From: Candidatus Diapherotrites archaeon CG08_land_8_20_14_0_20_30_16
Lineage (GTDB): Archaea; Iainarchaeota; Iainarchaeia; Iainarchaeales; 0-14-0-20-30-16
Length of the DNA stretch: 13,461 nt
Assembly (NCBI GenBank): GCA_002779075.1
Contig: PEXK01000005.1
Span: 1 to 13,461 of the forward strand
Reading direction: 5' to 3'
Shown here: one piece after another, positions 13,162-13,461 of the stretch
Numbering within the stretch: position 1 is the stretch's first letter
How the letters are laid out: each line of letters opens with the position of its first letter
Position numbers and translations under genes: made by a program
Notes under the pieces: generated by a model
Seen by the model: the letters and a program-made list of their open reading frames with translations, nothing else
The model's database searches: none
What the model was told of the DNA's origin: nothing

Positions 13162-13461
13162 ATGAATAAATATATGAAAGAAGCATTGAAAGAAGATTTA
13201 AAAGGAATTCATAACAAAGAGGGTGGACCTTTTGGTTGTGTTATTGTTTGTAAAGGAAAAGTAATTGCAAAAGGTCACAACTTAGTTACAAGCTCAAAAG
13301 ATCCAACTAGCCATGCAGAAATTGTTGCAATTCGCAAGGCATCTAAAAGATTGGGCAGATTTGATTTGAAAGATTGTGAATTGTATACTACTTGCGAACC
13401 CTGCCCAATGTGCTTTTCAGCAATTCATTGGTCTCGCATTAAGAAAGTTTATTATGCTTGC
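13162..13461 (+). CDS. guaD: Guanine deaminase of the CDA fold (GuaD-like), 5' part only (runs off the right edge)
   Basis: Absent from the ORF track because it has no stop in the window. Hand translation of 100 codons from the ATG at 13162: MNKYMKEALKEDLKGIHNKEGGPFGCVIVCKGKVIAKGHNLVTSSKDPTSHAEIVAIRKASKRLGRFDLKDCELYTTCEPCPMCFSAIHWSRIKKVYYAC. The zinc motifs HAE and PCxxC are present. From memory, the GGPFG.VIV...N.VT.S.DPT.HAE..AIRKA block closely resembles Bacillus subtilis GuaD. TTTATATA at 13133-13140 is centred about 25 nt upstream of the ATG. Confidence 0.8.
   Translation, partial: MNKYMKEALKEDLKGIHNKEGGPFGCVIVCKGKVIAKGHNLVTSSKDPTSHAEIVAIRKASKRLGRFDLKDCELYTTCEPCPMCFSAIHWSRIKKVYYAC

Noticed and set aside
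1-13461. CRISPR arrays, tRNA/rRNA genes, IS elements, integrases or prophage boundaries
   Set aside because: I saw no spaced direct repeats longer than the short promoter motifs. There is no GC-rich structured segment in the short intergenic regions, no transposase- or integrase-like ORF, and no terminal inverted repeats. This was a visual inspection only; tRNAscan-SE or Infernal and a repeat finder would be needed to be certain.

Overview
The window is AT-rich (about 30% GC by eye, not computed) and gene-dense. It reads like a streamlined archaeal chromosome, plausibly DPANN-like. That placement is an inference from four things: a class III (prepilin-type) signal peptide, TATA boxes centred about 25 nt upstream of several start codons (leaderless mRNAs), a membrane-anchored wHTH regulator, and an MNT/HEPN pair. 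No rRNA, tRNA, CRISPR array, transposase or integrase was seen.

Gene content from left to right:
(1) A translationally coupled minus-strand operon of at least three small proteins with an N-terminal hydrophobic helix; two have cysteine-rich ectodomains. It runs off the left edge.
(2) 50 bp away and divergent, an 859-aa FtsK/HerA-superfamily P-loop ATPase with a disordered N-terminus and a long C-terminal extension that contains a wHTH.
(3) A 412-aa surface protein with several beta-sandwich domains, anchored at both ends.
(4) A divergent single-pass membrane protein with an extracellular domain and a cytoplasmic MarR-like wHTH.
(5) A promoter with three GTTTCC repeats, followed by a secreted coiled-coil protein and a coupled small acidic lipoprotein.
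(6) A glycerophosphodiester phosphodiesterase.
(7) A bacterial-type grpE-dnaK-dnaJ operon on the minus strand.
(8) An MNT/HEPN toxin-antitoxin pair whose HEPN gene carries an in-frame TAA.
(9) The 5' part of a GuaD-type guanine deaminase gene, running off the right edge.

The best candidate for something undescribed is the pairing of the pilin-like operon with a HerA/FtsK-type ATPase rather than a PilB/FlaI-type ATPase. The adjacent surface-protein, transmembrane-regulator and operator module adds to it. Both are hypotheses from sequence reading only; no searches were run.
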